Shown here: in pieces, positions 63,946 through 64,000 of the stretch
Layout: each line of letters starts with the position of its first letter
Position numbering within the stretch: the stretch's first letter is position 1
Notes under the pieces: generated by a model
Database searches by the model: none
What the model was told of the DNA's origin: nothing
The model's input: only the letters and a program-made list of their open reading frames with translations
Assembly: GCF_018350175.1 (NCBI RefSeq)
Contig: NC_058368.1
Span: 137,146,001-137,210,000 of the forward strand
Direction: 5' to 3'
Length of the DNA: 64,000 bases
Source: Felis catus
Lineage: Eukaryota
Translations under genes and position numbers: made by a program

Positions 63946-64000
63946 CAACACTAATTTTTTTTTAAAGAGAAATTATGAAAAAAACTGAGTGGATGAATTA

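Noticed and set aside
995..63951. Recurrent [27 protein letters not shown] ORFs
   Set aside because: They are translations of CAN-SINE copies, not a gene family.
1..64000. CRISPR arrays, operons, prokaryotic systems, tRNA/rRNA genes, CpG-island promoter
   Set aside because: The sequence is mammalian repeat-rich DNA; the tRNA-like boxes belong to SINE heads; there is no repeat-spacer array or extended CpG-rich region.

Overview
Mammalian, almost certainly felid (cat-like), non-coding genomic DNA, judged from about 29 tRNA-derived CAN-SINE (SINEC_Fc-type) copies and felid-type L1 3' ends. I find no supportable protein-coding exon, CpG island or functional RNA gene. The listed ORFs are SINE/L1/microsatellite translations or chance ORFs. 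The window is a layered retroelement record: ancient CR1/L3, L2, MIR, MaLR/ERVL LTRs and hAT/mariner MITEs; a 5.7-kb minus-strand carnivore L1 carrying at least seven nested insertions; and young SINE and L1 tails with intact target-site duplications (TSDs). The most interesting object is at 50404-50764: a full-length U6 snRNA retrocopy with a ~220-nt non-L1 3' extension, an A-tail and a TSD, i.e. a U6 read-through or chimeric SINE-like element. Other points: an orphan polyadenylated insert inside the L1, a 28-bp L1 tail insertion, two L1s truncated at nearly the same base, an unexplained 23-bp direct repeat, and several repeat-free candidate enhancers. Repeat family names are from recognition, not database searches. 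Boundaries are approximate unless TSDs are given.
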